Source: Rhynchopus sp. YZ270_cl-10
Taxonomy: Eukaryota
Length of the DNA stretch: 64,000 bases
Reading direction: 5' to 3'
Assembly: GCA_964035575.1 (NCBI GenBank)
Contig: OZ037847.1
Location: 1,488,001-1,552,000 of the forward strand
How positions within the stretch are numbered: position 1 is the first letter of the stretch; the number at the start of each line of letters is the position of its first letter. Shown here in pieces: positions 33,538 to 47,142 of this stretch. The position numbers and the translations under genes were made by a program. The notes under the pieces are model-generated. The model had not been told where the DNA came from. It worked only from the letters and a program-made list of their open reading frames with translations, and ran no database searches.

Positions 33538-35799
33538 AAAAAACTGGCCCCTTCAATAGTAACCAGCGTTTCAACCAATGAGTTCACAACTCCTTTTTTT
33601 TTTTTTTTTTTTTTTTTCACTGTAACCTACCATGGTAGGCGTGACTCCTTTTTACAAATAATTTTCAAAAAATAAAGAAGGGAACCACCCACCCACCCAC
33701 CCCACCCTCACACAACACAACGGGGGGTTTCCCCCCCGTAATGCGATATTTCCCCCTCCTTCTCCTCTTCTCCACTTTCTTTATTTTTGTCGGTAAAACA
33801 CAAACAAATAGCTGCAGAACACAATAAATTGCCAGTTTTTTGGGTTTTCCGAACCTAAGAGAGTGGAGTGCAGGGAAGATTACGCCCATCCCCCTCCCCT
33901 TCTCTCCCTGGTATACCTTTTCCTTTTCCCCTCTGCCTTTCCCCCAATTTTTTTTTGAAGGCGACTTAGCACAGTGAAGCTTAGTTTCGCCTTACAAACT
34001 TTTTGGTGCTTTCATCTAGGTCTGGAATTGTTCAGTCGGTGTCAGTATCAACAACTTTTTTCTTTTTTTACATAATCTCATCCATAACCCACTTCCCCTG
34101 CCTCCATCTCGCTGTGCAACGGTCCTTTCAGTTGCATCACAAATAACATGCACGTCACGTCCTTTACCACTTCCTTCCCTCCATCTGTCCAAACTACCTG
34201 GTATTTATGTTGCAGAAAGTATATGTGCAATTTTGCTTCTGTTGAATGGCAAAAAAACAAAAAAAAAAAAAAAACAAACAAACAAACAAACAAAACCATG
34301 ATCATGTGGAGAGAACAGCCCCCACTCCTACCTTCCGTTTTTCTACGCGAACGGAGGATAAAGCAAAAAAGGAGGGAGGGGTTAAATGATCCACCATTTT
34401 CTAGGGGTTTTTTTTGGACAGTGGTGTCAACTACATTATCTTGTCTTCAAGCCTTTTTTATTTTTGCGACATTTTTTTTATTGAGAAAAGAACGAGAGAT
34501 ATACGAGAGAAAAAAGAAGAAAAAAAAAAAAAAAACATCGGTTGAGATATAAAAAAAATGTTACCCTGGAAACAGGAAAAAACAAAACGGTATCAAAACG
34601 ACATGATTTTTTTTATGCACATAATTTTTTTTTTATTTTTTTTTTTATGTTGAAGGCATCCTTTGTTAAAAACACAGACGCCCAGCCCTTACGGCTTAAA
34701 ACAGTACTGTCTCGTACGACAGATTTTCACCACTTCTCTCTCTTTTATTATGTGCGTACCCCTCCCCCCAAAGCCCATATCACAAAATGTACTTTTCCTT
34801 TACGCGTGCTTTCTTTTTATGATTTTGCAAAAGAAGGCATATAAAAACCTTTACGTCCTGGCATTCTGAGAAGTCTGAATGTTCGTCAATTTCAGTTTTT
34901 TTTTTAAGGCCCTGGGGAAAGGTGTGCTGTTTGATCCTCCAAAGCGGCCAGGGGTCAGGCAATATATCAACATAAAGTGTCAACCCGCTCACTAAAGCAC
35001 GGTACCGGTACCCTGATGCTGAGTAAAAAAGGGGGCAATCGGATTGCGAGACCCGGCTAGCCCACAGAACAAACACATACCGCCAGGGCTAACAAAAATT
35101 TTAAAATACAAAAAAAAATTTTTGACAGTGGAGATTGCACAACTGTGGCAACACAACCGAGGCAACTACACTACTCCAACAATTTATCAAAAAAAAAAAA
35201 AAGTACAAAGAAAGGTGGCATACTTTTGCCACCTTTTATGCCAACAAGAGTAGCTTAGAATCATCTTATCAGCCTTTGTTTGATTTCTCTCTTTTTTTTT
35301 TTTTTTCATTTGTCTTCCTGAAACCCCCTCTTCCTCATGATCCCGCTGTTCTAATTTTTTTTTTTTTTTTTGTGTCATCGTTACATAATGAACAGAAACT
35401 GCCTTTTCTCGCAAAAAACGCACACTTATTTTCAAAAAAAAAAAATAATGAAGAAAAAGAAAACGAAAAAAAAAAAAAAAACGAAAACATCGCTCCTTTT
35501 GCAAAGACAACTCCCAAAGGCAACTGCATAATATTATTGTGCAAATATTGCTTCATAATTTTTTTTTTATTGTGCTAAGTGTTTCGAGGTCGGCGGGAAT
35601 TGTGAGGAAGGGGTGGGTGAGGGAAAATCTCTACATTTATTTTTTTCCCCCCCGGTGACTAAGCAAGAGGCTTACGTTATCTTAGATCAAATTTACTCTT
35701 TTTTTTTGGTCGTTTTTTTACAACTAAACACGGTTGAGTGGATAGGGCTTGATGCCCATTTAACATTTTTTTTTTTAAAGTTTCTCTCTTTTTTTTTTT

Positions 35800-35836
35800 A
35801 GTGCCTGCGTCCCAGAGGCGTTTGCACTACCAACTT
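35800..35836 (+). ncRNA. Hairpin family G, representative copy
   Basis: AGTGC-CT-GCGTC-CCAGA-GGCGT-TT-GCACT-ACCAACTT. About 15 relatives, e.g. 10572, 12626, 18568, 21226, 23675, 25622, 27389, 45055, 53672, 63508. Confidence 0.45.
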
Positions 35837-38458
35837 CACCTTTTTTGCCTGGTGTAAGAAGAGGCTTAGGTTCATCTTTACAATCTTTTTTTTTCCCGTT
35901 TTTTTTTTTTTTTGTCTCTCTTCGATGGTCGCGGTAAGAGAAGCAAAAAAAAAAATTGACAGTGGAGATTGCACAACTGTGGCAACACAACCGAGGCGAC
36001 TACACTACTCCAACAATTTATCAAATTAAGGAAAATAATGTTGTGTAAGTTGATCCAGCACAGAACATTTTCATTCAACCCTCTTTGTTTAGCTGAGAAG
36101 AAAATAAAGCCATTTTTTTTTCCAGCAAAAAAATACCACCACGTCTTTTGACCTGGTGATATATCGCTGCTACAAAAAAATACATTTTGAAATTTGATTT
36201 AAAAAACATCACAGATATAAAAGAACAGAATGTAGAGTATTTTCCTCCCCTTTGCATTCTGCTGTTTCGCTTTTATATGGTAATTTTCTTTGTTTTTTTT
36301 TTTTTTTTTTTTTTTTTTTTTGGAACGAAAAAGAAAAATCCATAATCTCATGACCATTTGCCTAATCGAACTTCCGCTATTGCGTCTGAATCTGTCGCAA
36401 AGCTATTTAAAAAAACTGGGATTTTTGAAATACTTTTTTTTAGCACCACGGCAAATCTGAAAAAAAACGAAAGGAATAATGTGGGCACATTCTCGGGGGT
36501 ACCCTCACTATTCTTTATTGAATTTTTTTCAAGAAAATAAATGTTCCAATTAGAAATCTCGGGCCATACATGAAGAAGTAAAGAGGCTGTTTCAGATAAG
36601 TACTTTTTCTCTTCACCCTGCATCGCAAAACTAAGAGAGAGCTAGATGGAACTGCCTTTATGGCACAAAAAGATTTCTTTTCAAAAAATATGTAAATACC
36701 TCAAGCAGCTTGTTAATAAGATGTGTTTTGTTTTGAGAGATACGTTCGTCTTACCTTTCTTTCGAACTGTGCAACTGACTGCCGTTTTTTTTTTTTTTTT
36801 TCTTTTCTTTTTTTCTTCTTTGCAAAATTTGCAAAAAATGGTCTTTCGTTTGGAAAAATACAAAAAAAAAAAAGTCTCAAAAAAACAGTCAACTCATAAT
36901 AAAGCTATAAAAACAAAATGAGGTGTTTTTTTTTCCACCCTAAAGAGTAAAGGCATTTCTCTCTCTCTCTCTCTTTCTTTCTCACCCATTTCTCATATTT
37001 TTTTTTTGCTTTTCGCTTAAGAAAAGCCTATTCTCGTTTCTCCCCCGATTATCTCCCTAATTGCGATTACCTCCCCTTCCTCTTATTCCCCATTTTTATT
37101 GTCACTTCAACATCATATCATAACAAAACAAAAATATACCAAATAATGGACATCACATTCCTACGGGTGTTTTTTTAAAAAAAAATCTTTGGGAATGAGG
37201 TGTGCTGACTGTAAGCATTCCTAGCCTTTCAAATGAAGGTTGCATTGAGAGGATAGAACCTACCTCTTTGGTTGTAATCAATGCAACAAAAAGATCGGTG
37301 TCTGAGACCATTCATTTCTCCTAACAAAACTGCACCCCCTTTTTTTTTTAAGGTGACTAAGCACGAGAGGCTTAGGATCATCTTATAAACTTTTCTTTTT
37401 TCTCTGCGAAAAACAAGGAGATTCTCCCAAATAAAGATCCTTTTTTTTTTTTGGGAATGGATGAGCTTCAGATTTTTTTCTCTCTCTTTTCTCCAGTGAC
37501 TGCGTCCGCCGATATCCGGTGATGTATTTACACTCCTTTTTTCTGTGGATCGTCACAAAAAACAAAAATGTAGTTTGTGTATGTAGCCATCCTCCAGGGT
37601 CCACAGAATATCAGGTGACTAAGCGAGGTTTAGAGTCATCTGATACACCTGTCTGTATTTTTTTTTTTAAATTAAAACCCCCTTCTCGCCAGATTTTTGC
37701 AAAAGGAAACAGAGGGAAACGTGGAGTGCTTACCACGTTCACCTACTCTGTCATTGGCCTATACATGAGTGGCGAAGGGGGGGGTTTTTTTAAAAGGCTT
37801 CCGTGTGTAAACGTTAAGAAAGGGAACGAAGAACACTCGCGTGTCTGTCTTCTATTTTCGAAATTGGAAATTGCCCTCCGCGAACCAATCATAGAACCAA
37901 TACTATCACCCCCCCACTATTCTCCCCCCCCCTTAGGGGAAAGAAGTACATTTTATATGCATATTCCCTGGGGGGGAAAGCTGATGTACCGGGTAAAAAA
38001 AATCCCGTCGAACAAAAAAAAAAAAATATAACAAAACAAAACAATCCCCATTGCGTCCAATTTTCTTTTAATCTTCATATTCTTCTCTCCCGCATACCAG
38101 CCCCTCTCTCTCTCTCTCTCTTTCTTTAGCTTTGTGTTGATTAAGCACTTCGCAACGAGCCCTTTCCCCATTTTTTCTTCTGCCTTTTTTCCCCCTTCAA
38201 ATTTTAGTATTTTTCTAGTTTTTACAATGTGCGAATTTCTTGCGGTTTCTATGTTCTTTCTTTTTTTTTTGGGGGGGGGCAAAAAAAAAAAAAAAACGTG
38301 TATTTTTAACTATCAAATGATGGTGACACGTGTCTCATTCAGTTTAAGTCTATCCAACCGCTCTAAGGTCAAAAAAAAAAGTGGTGATTTGCACACCATT
38401 TTCCGAACATTTTACAACAACCCATAGGTTGCCAAAAAAGAACAATTTTATATAAATT

Positions 38459-38652
38459 TCACCTGATTTTACCCCCAGGAAAAAAAACGGCTTTTTGCCA
38501 TATCCGTCTCGTCCGGACCTATCCGCGCCTCTACGCGGGGTCGAAAATCAGGATTTTTGTACTGGGTACTGGGTACTGGGTAGTGGAAACCCACCGGAAG
38601 TCTCGTCAGTTTTCTATGTGATATCAGTTATCCGCGGGGTAAAAATCAGGTG
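38459..38652. mobile_element. YCACCTGA-ended MITE, copy 3
   Basis: TCACCTGATTTTACCCC / GGGGTAAAAATCAGGTGA with flanking direct repeat ATAAATT and an extra internal right-end-like copy near 38535-38552. Confidence 0.8.
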
Positions 38653-41600
38653 AATAAATTTTTTTTTCAAAAACAAAAAAAACTTTGCGTACAGAACCCA
38701 CCTTTGGTGGGTGATTGTCGATTACAATAAAACAAAACCAAAAACAAAAACAACAATGTCCGTCTACGTGGAGATCACTACACGTCCTCAATTCTTCAAG
38801 TTTTCAAAAAATAGGATTGTTCTTGCCTCACTTTGCAGCTACCCTAATACACATTGCCGTCACTATCATGTGTTGGAGTGTAGTGATGTGTTATCCGCAA
38901 ATGCCCAGCGGGTTCCTTATTTTTTTTAAAATTGGATAAAAAGTGTATTGAGTGCGAAACCTTGCTTAGGCGATTGTCGATTAAATAAAAAATGTTTTAT
39001 ACAACTGTTTGAATAGTAGTGTTTGTCAAAGGGAGGGAGTCTTTCTTTGCCCCCCTAGGGATTTTTTCTTTCTTTCTTCTTTCTCTCTTTTTTCCCCCTC
39101 GCCCCATTTTTTTTTTTTTTTTTTTTTTTTTTTGTGCAATTCCTCCCAGAGTTGGAGACGAGAACAATAACGATTCTGACGTGGCTTCTAGACAGAGCCG
39201 TCATTACCCCCTAGCCCACCTCTTTATCCTTTTTCTTCTTTTTTTGTGTGCACCTTCATACAACTCCCCTCTTGTGCGTAAAACCTTGAAGTGCCACTCA
39301 GCGGTCAATCCAAACCGCGCGGCCAGAGTCCGCAGACGTTTTTTCTTTCTTTTTTATTTTTCAACTTCACTTCACTTTTTTAAACGCTCTTTTTAAGGTG
39401 ACTAAGCACCCGCTTAGATTCATCTTTACAACCCCCTTTTTTTCATTTTTTTTTAAACTGCCTTCGCTGATATTGGTAGGGGGTTGACAGACAAGTCTCT
39501 TCCCTCCAGTTAATCCCTTTTTTTCCCCTTTCACGCAAAAAAATGCACAACAAAAAAAGCAAAATCTGAATTGCCACTGTTTACAGAGGCAAAAGATATG
39601 CAAAAAAAAAAAAATACACACCCAAAGTTAACTTAACGACCAGTTAGAGGATATTCAACAGTATTTTTGTTGTGACGGGTTTGCTGGCTTGCACCTACGG
39701 GGAGGTTGTAAAGCTTGTATAGGCAACCACGCAGCCATCCTACTACAAGAGAAAACGGTCCGTCTCGAATCGGGGATACAAGAGACTCAAACAGCCCACC
39801 ATGTCATCCAAGCCTCATCGGGGTGGGGGTGAACATGTATGGCGTTGAAACGCTTGCACTCCGCAGTTCAGATTGGCCGTCAAAGTTAACAATTATTTCA
39901 AAAAATCAAAAATCACCCACAGCGAAAAAGAGCAAAATAATAAATATGCTCAGCAATGCACAACCTTTCCTTCTCCCCTTCCCCATTCCCCAAAATCCTT
40001 TCATTTCAAAATAAGGTGAGGCCCGCAGGCTCTGTTCTATAAGGGTAATAGGATAAAGTGGATGGGAGTCGGGTAAGGTCAACAACATGACAGAGTTCGT
40101 GCATTATGTGCACTATGCTCGGATACAGATACAGTACCTCCGTGATGTCTCTTACAGACTCTGTCCGACTCTGTTTCATGACCCCTTTACGAAGAAAGCA
40201 GTGACCATGTGTTTTGTCTCAACAGGGATTTCATTAGGTTGAGGGATGATGTGCATGCCTTTGAAATTCATTTTTAGCCTTTTTCTGGCGACTTTGTTTT
40301 TTTTTTTTTTGTACAGAACCCGCCCTCGGATGGGTGATTTGTCGATTATACAAAAGGCCTATTTTTTTTGTGTAGTTTTAGTAGTCTTATTATTGTGTTA
40401 TTTCGCTGATTTAAAAAAAAAAAAAGAAAAAGAGAAAAAAAAGCTCTCGATGAGGATTCCTTCATCGATTTTTTTTGTCCATGTTGCAACTCCATTATTT
40501 TGTTTTGTTTTGTTTTTTTTCAACCCCATTATTTTTAAAATACTAATTGGTTGGTCTCAGTGTTCTACATGCTGAAGACACCCTACACTTCCCTTCTCCT
40601 TCTCCCTGTTCTGACAGCAACGAGTATGGTACTTCATTTTTTTGTAAATATATTTCAGGTATCAGCTCGTAGGCAGCTCCATAGGTTGCGTTTTGCAACT
40701 CCTCAAACCTTCTCTTTAAAGTTATCAGCGTTCTGTTCACGAAAAAAAAAATCCATCTTTTTTTTTCTTCTCCCGAGCAGAAATGCAGCAAATACTGTAC
40801 AGTTTTTTGAAGGGGGGAAAAACAAATGTCACCATGCGGTTTGTAACCAAAAAAACAAAACCGTTCGTTTTAAATCAAAAGCGAGCGTGAGTACATTTTG
40901 TTTTTTGCTGCTTTTAAAAAAAATTGAATGAATGCCATCTATACCTTCCGTAGTACAAAGAAAGGCTTCGGACAGCATTGAGCAGACCCTACTAGCCCCA
41001 AGTGGGCTCGTAGGCTATTGTCGACACAACAAAAAAAAAATTCTGATATCTCTTACGGCATCAGAAACAATCGAACACAGTGGACACCCAACCAACAAGG
41101 GGAGGGGTCAATCATTTTTCTTTTTCCTTACAATTGTATGCGATCATTCTTTTTTAAAAAAAACATTTTATACTTTACAAGGTGGCTAAGCACAGAGATC
41201 ATATAAACTGTTTTTTTTTCTCTCTCTCTCTTTTTGTAGTCCGTGAGCATCTAGAAATTTTGGGAGCATGCATGGCATTTGATTTCGAATAATTTTTGCA
41301 AAAAAAAGGTGGGTCAGAACCCTGAGCAAAAAAAAAAGAGCTGGTGCCTCAGATTAAAGGTCTGTAAAAAAGATAGTTGGCTGCGCTTGAGCGAAAATAG
41401 CCTCTCTCCTTTGTTTTCAGCCCCTCATCTCTTTGCCCAGTCGGTTTTTTGAGGAGTCGCGATACTTTTGTTTTTTTTGTTTTGTTTTCCCCCATATATT
41501 TATTGCTTCAAAGGACGCATATTTCGGCCTTTATTTCAAGGTTACTAACGGTCTTTGTAATCATCTGGTATTTTTGTTCTCTCAAATTTTATGATTATTA

Positions 41601-43377
41601 AATTATGAATGTGCGTACACTTCCTCCTTTTATTTTGATTCCCCCCAAAAACACTTTTTTATTAAGTGAGGTAAGCACTGAGGCTCTTACCTTACCAACT
41701 TATGATATTGTGTATTTTTTTTTTTTTTTTATGGAACCTGTTGGGGAATCCTCTGTTTTGAGTCGTTTGCCATCTGTTGCGATCTCCCCCTTTCCCGATT
41801 TCCCTCTCCCCACCCTTCTCCCCTCTCGCAAAACAGAGAGAACCAACCATTTCCCCTTTACCTCCTAAAATTTCTTTTTATCCCCTCTCCCCTTCTCCCC
41901 TTCTCCCCCATCCCCTGTTGTTGCGATTTCCCCCTTTATTTTGGGTTGCTGCATTGTAGTGTTTTTTTTTCTTCCCCCTCCTCTCCTGCCCCCCCCCCCC
42001 CCCCTTTTTGGTACCTCCCTGCATTATCCATTCATTTGCTTTCCCACCTGCCCATCCACCCATCCACCCATCCCCTACCTTTTCACCCACCCTCCCCATC
42101 CTGTCATGTGCAGAAACTAATAAATACAAACGTATTTCAAATTTTTAAAGTGACAATAAAGCCTAAAATCCCCACTTCCCTGCAAAATAAACCCGCAAAA
42201 ACCCGCTTTATTATAGCCCCATTCACCTCCCTCTGCATGATCTAACTTTGCCTCTTTTAGAGCGTAGCTTTCAACCCAAACCGCAATACTCCCTTCTAAA
42301 ACACATTTTTTTTTTTTTTTGAAAAAAAACGTGACGACAGCTTTCAAAACAAAAGGAAAGAGATTTTTTTTTGGACCGCTGTACAAACGATTGTGATAAA
42401 AAAGGGTAGAAAGACTTAGAGGCATCTTTATAAATTTTCCCTTCATCTTCTTCTTTTTTGTGCCAAATAGGGTAACTCACATTGGTTTGAATTTTTTTTT
42501 TTTTTGTACTCAACGCACAAAACACACACACACACACACACACAACACCATATCTTTCCTCGGAATGTTGCCATTTAATCAGCTGAAATGATACTGTCTG
42601 GTTGTGGCAAAAAGGGCGTATAACGACATTGGACAGTGGTATTTTTTTGTGTTACACTTCGCACGCAAATTAGCCACTTGTCTATTTTTCCCCCCTCCCC
42701 TTCCTCTGCCTATCAGTGTTGTTTTGACACTGTTTTCCATGGTCGGATCTTTTCCTTTTTGAGCCCTTCCCAAAAATGCAAGGTTTTTTTGCTTCTGAGT
42801 TTCTCCAGGGCGACTTTGTGTAAGAACCCGTTCTCGGATAGGGTGATTGTCGATACAACCGAAAAAAAAATAAAAAAAAATGTGTGGAGCTCGCACGAAA
42901 AAAAGCGATGTGTCTGCACATAGTCGATTATTCAAAAAGAAGGAAAAAAACCATTTGTTGGTAATTTACGATGCGCAATTATTTTTGTGCATTCTTCAGA
43001 CCGATTTTTTTTTATTCATTTCGACTCTGTTTCTCATTCATGTGTGAGGTCAGAGACGTATGGGAAAAGCATATGACGATAACTTTTTATTATCGGCTGA
43101 ATGCTTTAATTTTGAAGAAAAAAAAAAAACTGCCCTAAAAGTGGGTATTGCCCTTTCGAGAAAAAGTGGAAACAAAAAAAACTACAAAAAAAAAAAAAAA
43201 ACAAAAACAAAAAAGGTCCCTCCCTACCCAAAACACCGTTCCCATGTTTACACCAACCCCCTTTTTTTGCCGTACAGATTTCATAAGTCGAGGTGCCCTT
43301 TAGCAATTCAACTCAAAAAAAACAAAAAGGAAAAAAATTAAGGAGAACCGGGAATTTGGGTTCCGATCACACCAGTT

Positions 43378-43487
43378 GCCTTTTTTTTATATTATTACGA
43401 AGCTTGCTTTAAAGGAGAAATAGTATTTACCGGGTACGGTTGCCAAATCATTCCTCAAATAGGAGGATTTGTGCAATCAACGAAAAC
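43378..43487 (+). repeat. Family J, ~110 bp (second copy at about 52995-53099)
   Basis: TTACGAAGCTTGCTTTAAA..TACCGGGTACGGTYGCCAA(A)TCAT.CCTCAAATAGGAGGATTTGTGCAATCAACG shared; ends in a hairpin plus AAC. Confidence 0.7.
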
Positions 43488-43523
43488 AACTTTACTTTAC
43501 ATACCCGATCCTACTATTGTTTT

Positions 43524-43583
43524 GTGCTTTCATCCGGATGGCTGGCATCGTACGTGGGTCAGTCGGAGGTGCATTAATAACTT
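43524..43583 (+). repeat. Hairpin family I (other copies at about 4459 and 54293)
   Basis: GTGCTTTCRTCCGG..GGCTGGC-loop-GTCAGTCGGAGGT(G)GCAT.AATAAC shared, with only the loop varying in length. Confidence 0.65.
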
Positions 43584-46293
43584 CACTTTGATAGATACCT
43601 CCAATTTGTTGAATGCATAAAGGTTGAGATTCTTTTTGAGTTTAAAGTTGTGGGTACCTCACATGGTCTGATTCTGTACACCCCATCCCAATCCCAAAAA
43701 AACTGCGAGAAAACTTCTCCACGGAGAGGTGAAGTAAGAAAAGAAGGGGGGGGAAAAGAGAAGTATAGTGGAGCTCATCCTCGGGTGGCTACACTAATGC
43801 AAGCAAGGTTTTTAATGAGGAAAAGAAGGTATAATATGCTTTCTAGCCCTTAAGGCGACTTCGAGTACAAAAAAACCCACCTCTTTTTTTTGGGTGATTT
43901 TGACGATACAACAACAACAAAAAAAAAAAAGAGTTGAGGACGACTTTCCGTCAAAATCTTTGAAGTATACAGCCTTCGGGCAATATTGAGTACAGATCCT
44001 GCCTTAGCAAGGTTATTGTCGACACAGCAAAGAAGGAAAGAGAAAGAGGAAAAAAAGAAAAGAAAACAATCCACATATTATCCACACCTGCTAGCATTTT
44101 TTTTTGCGATAACGATTGTGATCAAGGTGGCTAAAGCACGAGAGGCTTAGGTCTTCTCTTTTTTTTCTTTTGTAAATCGATGTTTTTCTGTTCCTGCATT
44201 CATTGAGGTGTCGGCGCTAAAAACTTCAACCCTCTTTGTTTTTTTTGAAAAAATTGGCTCCGGTTGCAGACCCCGATGGGGGTCTTCACTATTTCCATAT
44301 TATTTGTCTTCTTTATTGCAATACGTTGGTGCACTGTATTCAAAAGACCTGCAAAACTCGTGCGATTTAAAACAAAAAAATAAGGTGAAAGGCGAATATA
44401 TCCAATTTGCCAATTCCAGCAATTTTTAAGCAGGTCTTTGAACGACAGCAACCACAGCTCTTCCAAAAAGCTCGAATTTGCACTTTCAACTTCTCTTTTT
44501 TTTTTTTTTTGTCTTGCTGTGTCTCTCAGGCACATGTAATATTTCAAAACCCCCTTTTTTTTTTGTTTATTTTCTCTTCTTCGCCCCTGTGGACGCCATG
44601 CTGTCAAATATTCTATTTATTCTTGTTTATTTTCTTTTCTTTTCGAAATGCGTTTTCTTTTCTTTGTTGGAAAATCTGGAACACAACGTTGATATGGCAA
44701 TTTAAGCTGTATGGATCAGATTGAAAAAAAAAGGGGGACATGCCTGTTCGCTCATTAGAGCGAACTATTGTCACGCTAATAAAATGCAGAATTTTTCTTC
44801 CCATCCCATCACCCCTCCCCCACTCCCGAGGCAAAAAATACCGCCTCATTTGCACAGCATTAGTAACACTCTCAAAAAAAAAAAATACAATTTCTGCGAT
44901 ATCAAAATCAAAAAAGGGTTCCCTTTTTTATTTTTTGCCAACAACGTTTCTTTGTTGTCACTCAATATTCCCACATGATTCCTTCCCCACCTCTCCCACC
45001 CCTTCCCACACCCTCTTCTACATATTCGTTCATTTCCTCCCCCGAACCGTCTCCAGTGCCTGTATCTGACGTCCGTGAAGCGCATACAGTATTTCAACTT
45101 CTCTTTTCTGTGCATGACAGGCACATCCCATCTTTCAAGTTTTTGCTTCCTTTTGATTATTTTTTTTTTGATCGGTTCCCTGTTGCCGCTGTGGCAGCAG
45201 TTTAAAAACCAAAAACAAAATTCTTTCGATCGATTCGACACTGCCCGTTGCGACTGCACTATGCCATTACTCTATTTATATCATCCGTTACATTTTCTTT
45301 TTGTGCATTTCTGACCTAAACTCCCCCCCTTTTCCCGCACGAAAAAAAAAAAAAAAAAAAAACAGTATTTTGCGATTACCAGCAATCAATGTCTTGGGGT
45401 CTGAACCCCCATTGTCCTCGATTTGCTGGATTTCCCCCATTTTTTTAGGTGCCTAGCCAATGGGGCTTAAGGTGCATCTTATTTTTTTTTTGTTGTTAAA
45501 TCTGCCCAAAAACTAAAACAACGTCGTGCAGTAAATGGCTTTTTACTGCTCTATATTTTGTGCATATTTTATGTTTTCTTTTTGTCTTGATAAGCGCTTA
45601 TGCGCTAGAGAACACGTCATTCTATTTGTTTCCATTTCCTATTTTTTTCCCACTTTATATGTGTCCTTTTTGATGATACATTCGTCTTACAATACATCAA
45701 GCCCCCTCTCTCCCTCTGCGTTCATATCATTTCCTTCTCTCAGTGCCGCTCGCGAAAAATCTGAAAAATACTGCGTAAATCGCCCAAAGAAAAATAAAAA
45801 ATGTGAAAGTTCCTCTGCCCTTGGAAACCCCCTGCAAAAAAAAAAAAAAAAAAAAAAAAAAAATGCAAAAGTGCAGGACTGAACAAGGAGCGTCGGGGGG
45901 AAAATCTTGCGAGTAAATAAACAAAACAACAAAAAAAAAAAAATACCAAGGCGGACCCAAGTAAGAAAATGTCAGGCGCCGGGCGCTTATCGTATTTTTA
46001 CTTTATTCCACCCTAAAGGAGTGGAGGGAAAAACTGTACATACTAAAACATGAGATTTAAATAAAAAAAATCCCTAACTAAACGGGGGAAAAAAATGCGT
46101 TCTAGGCAAAATAGAAAAGCCAAACCAAAAAAAAGAGAAAAAAAACAAAAACAAAAACAAAACAAGTATTCTAACCCCCTTTCGGGTGTCATTCAGTACA
46201 GAGCCCACTTCTTGGTTGGGTGATTTTGTCGATAAATAATAATTTTTTAAAATCGCGTTCCGATTCTGAAATTTATTATTTTCATTTTCCGGA

Positions 46294-46551
46294 TACCGTA
46301 AATGGAATTTTGTTGGACCGGGCAAATGTACCAAACAAAGTTCCCGATTTTCGGCCAAAAGTCCCAAGATTTGTCCGGTCAAAATTATGTCCAGTCAAAC
46401 AAAGTTCCTCATAACGGTAAGTTTTCCCAGCAAACCGGAATTTTGTTGACCGGACAAATGTACCAAACAAAATTCCCGATTTTCGGTCAAAAGTCCTAAG
46501 ATTTTGTTCGGTTCAAATTATGCCCAGTCAAACAAAATTCCATAACCGGTA
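46294..46551. mobile_element. Tandem dimer of a ~120-bp TA-flanked CCG...CGG MITE
   Basis: Ends TACCGTAAATGGAATTTTGTT / AACAAAATTCCATAACCGGTA. Two similar units at about 46294-46419 and 46434-46551. Confidence 0.7.
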
Positions 46552-46995
46552 ACATCATTACGCGAGAACAAAGAACTCTATTCTAAAACAAGAACATTGC
46601 GAAAATAATAAAGAACTGCGGGACTGTCCAATTTAGCCCCCCTAAAAAAGGAAAGGAAAAATTGAAGTATTTGTCATGAAAAATCTGTATTTTTTTTTTC
46701 TTCTTCAACTTGGTACCACCCAGTGGTGCCTTTTGTATTATGGTGCTTTCCGCACACAGAGAGGATTCAGATCATCGTTACCAACTTTATTTTTAAAAAT
46801 TTAAGGTGCCCAAGCACGTTGAGGCTTAGGTTCATCTTCAAACAAACTTTTTCTCTTTTTTTGATGTGTGTGAAAAGGCACATCCTTTTTGCATATTTCC
46901 TTATACTTTGTCACAAAAAACCCCCCCCCTCGTTTATCAGACGAAAGGCAACGCCACACAATTCCAGTTCTTTTTTTTTTTATTCTTCCGTCTTG

Positions 46996-47142
46996 CATAG
47001 GTTACGGACACGCGTTCGTGTTTTTGAGGGCGTTTTCGAACGCGCGTTTTTTTTCACCTCGTTTTTTTTTTCTAGCACGCGTTTGGTTTTTGTTTTTTTG
47101 TTTTTTTTTTGCTTTTTTGAAAACGCGCGTTTGTATCCTATG
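46996..47142. mobile_element. Degenerate short inverted-repeat element rich in ACGCGT/ACGCGCGT
   Basis: CATAGGTTACGGACACGCGTT pairs imperfectly with AAACGCGCGTTTGTATCCTATG. Confidence 0.5.
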
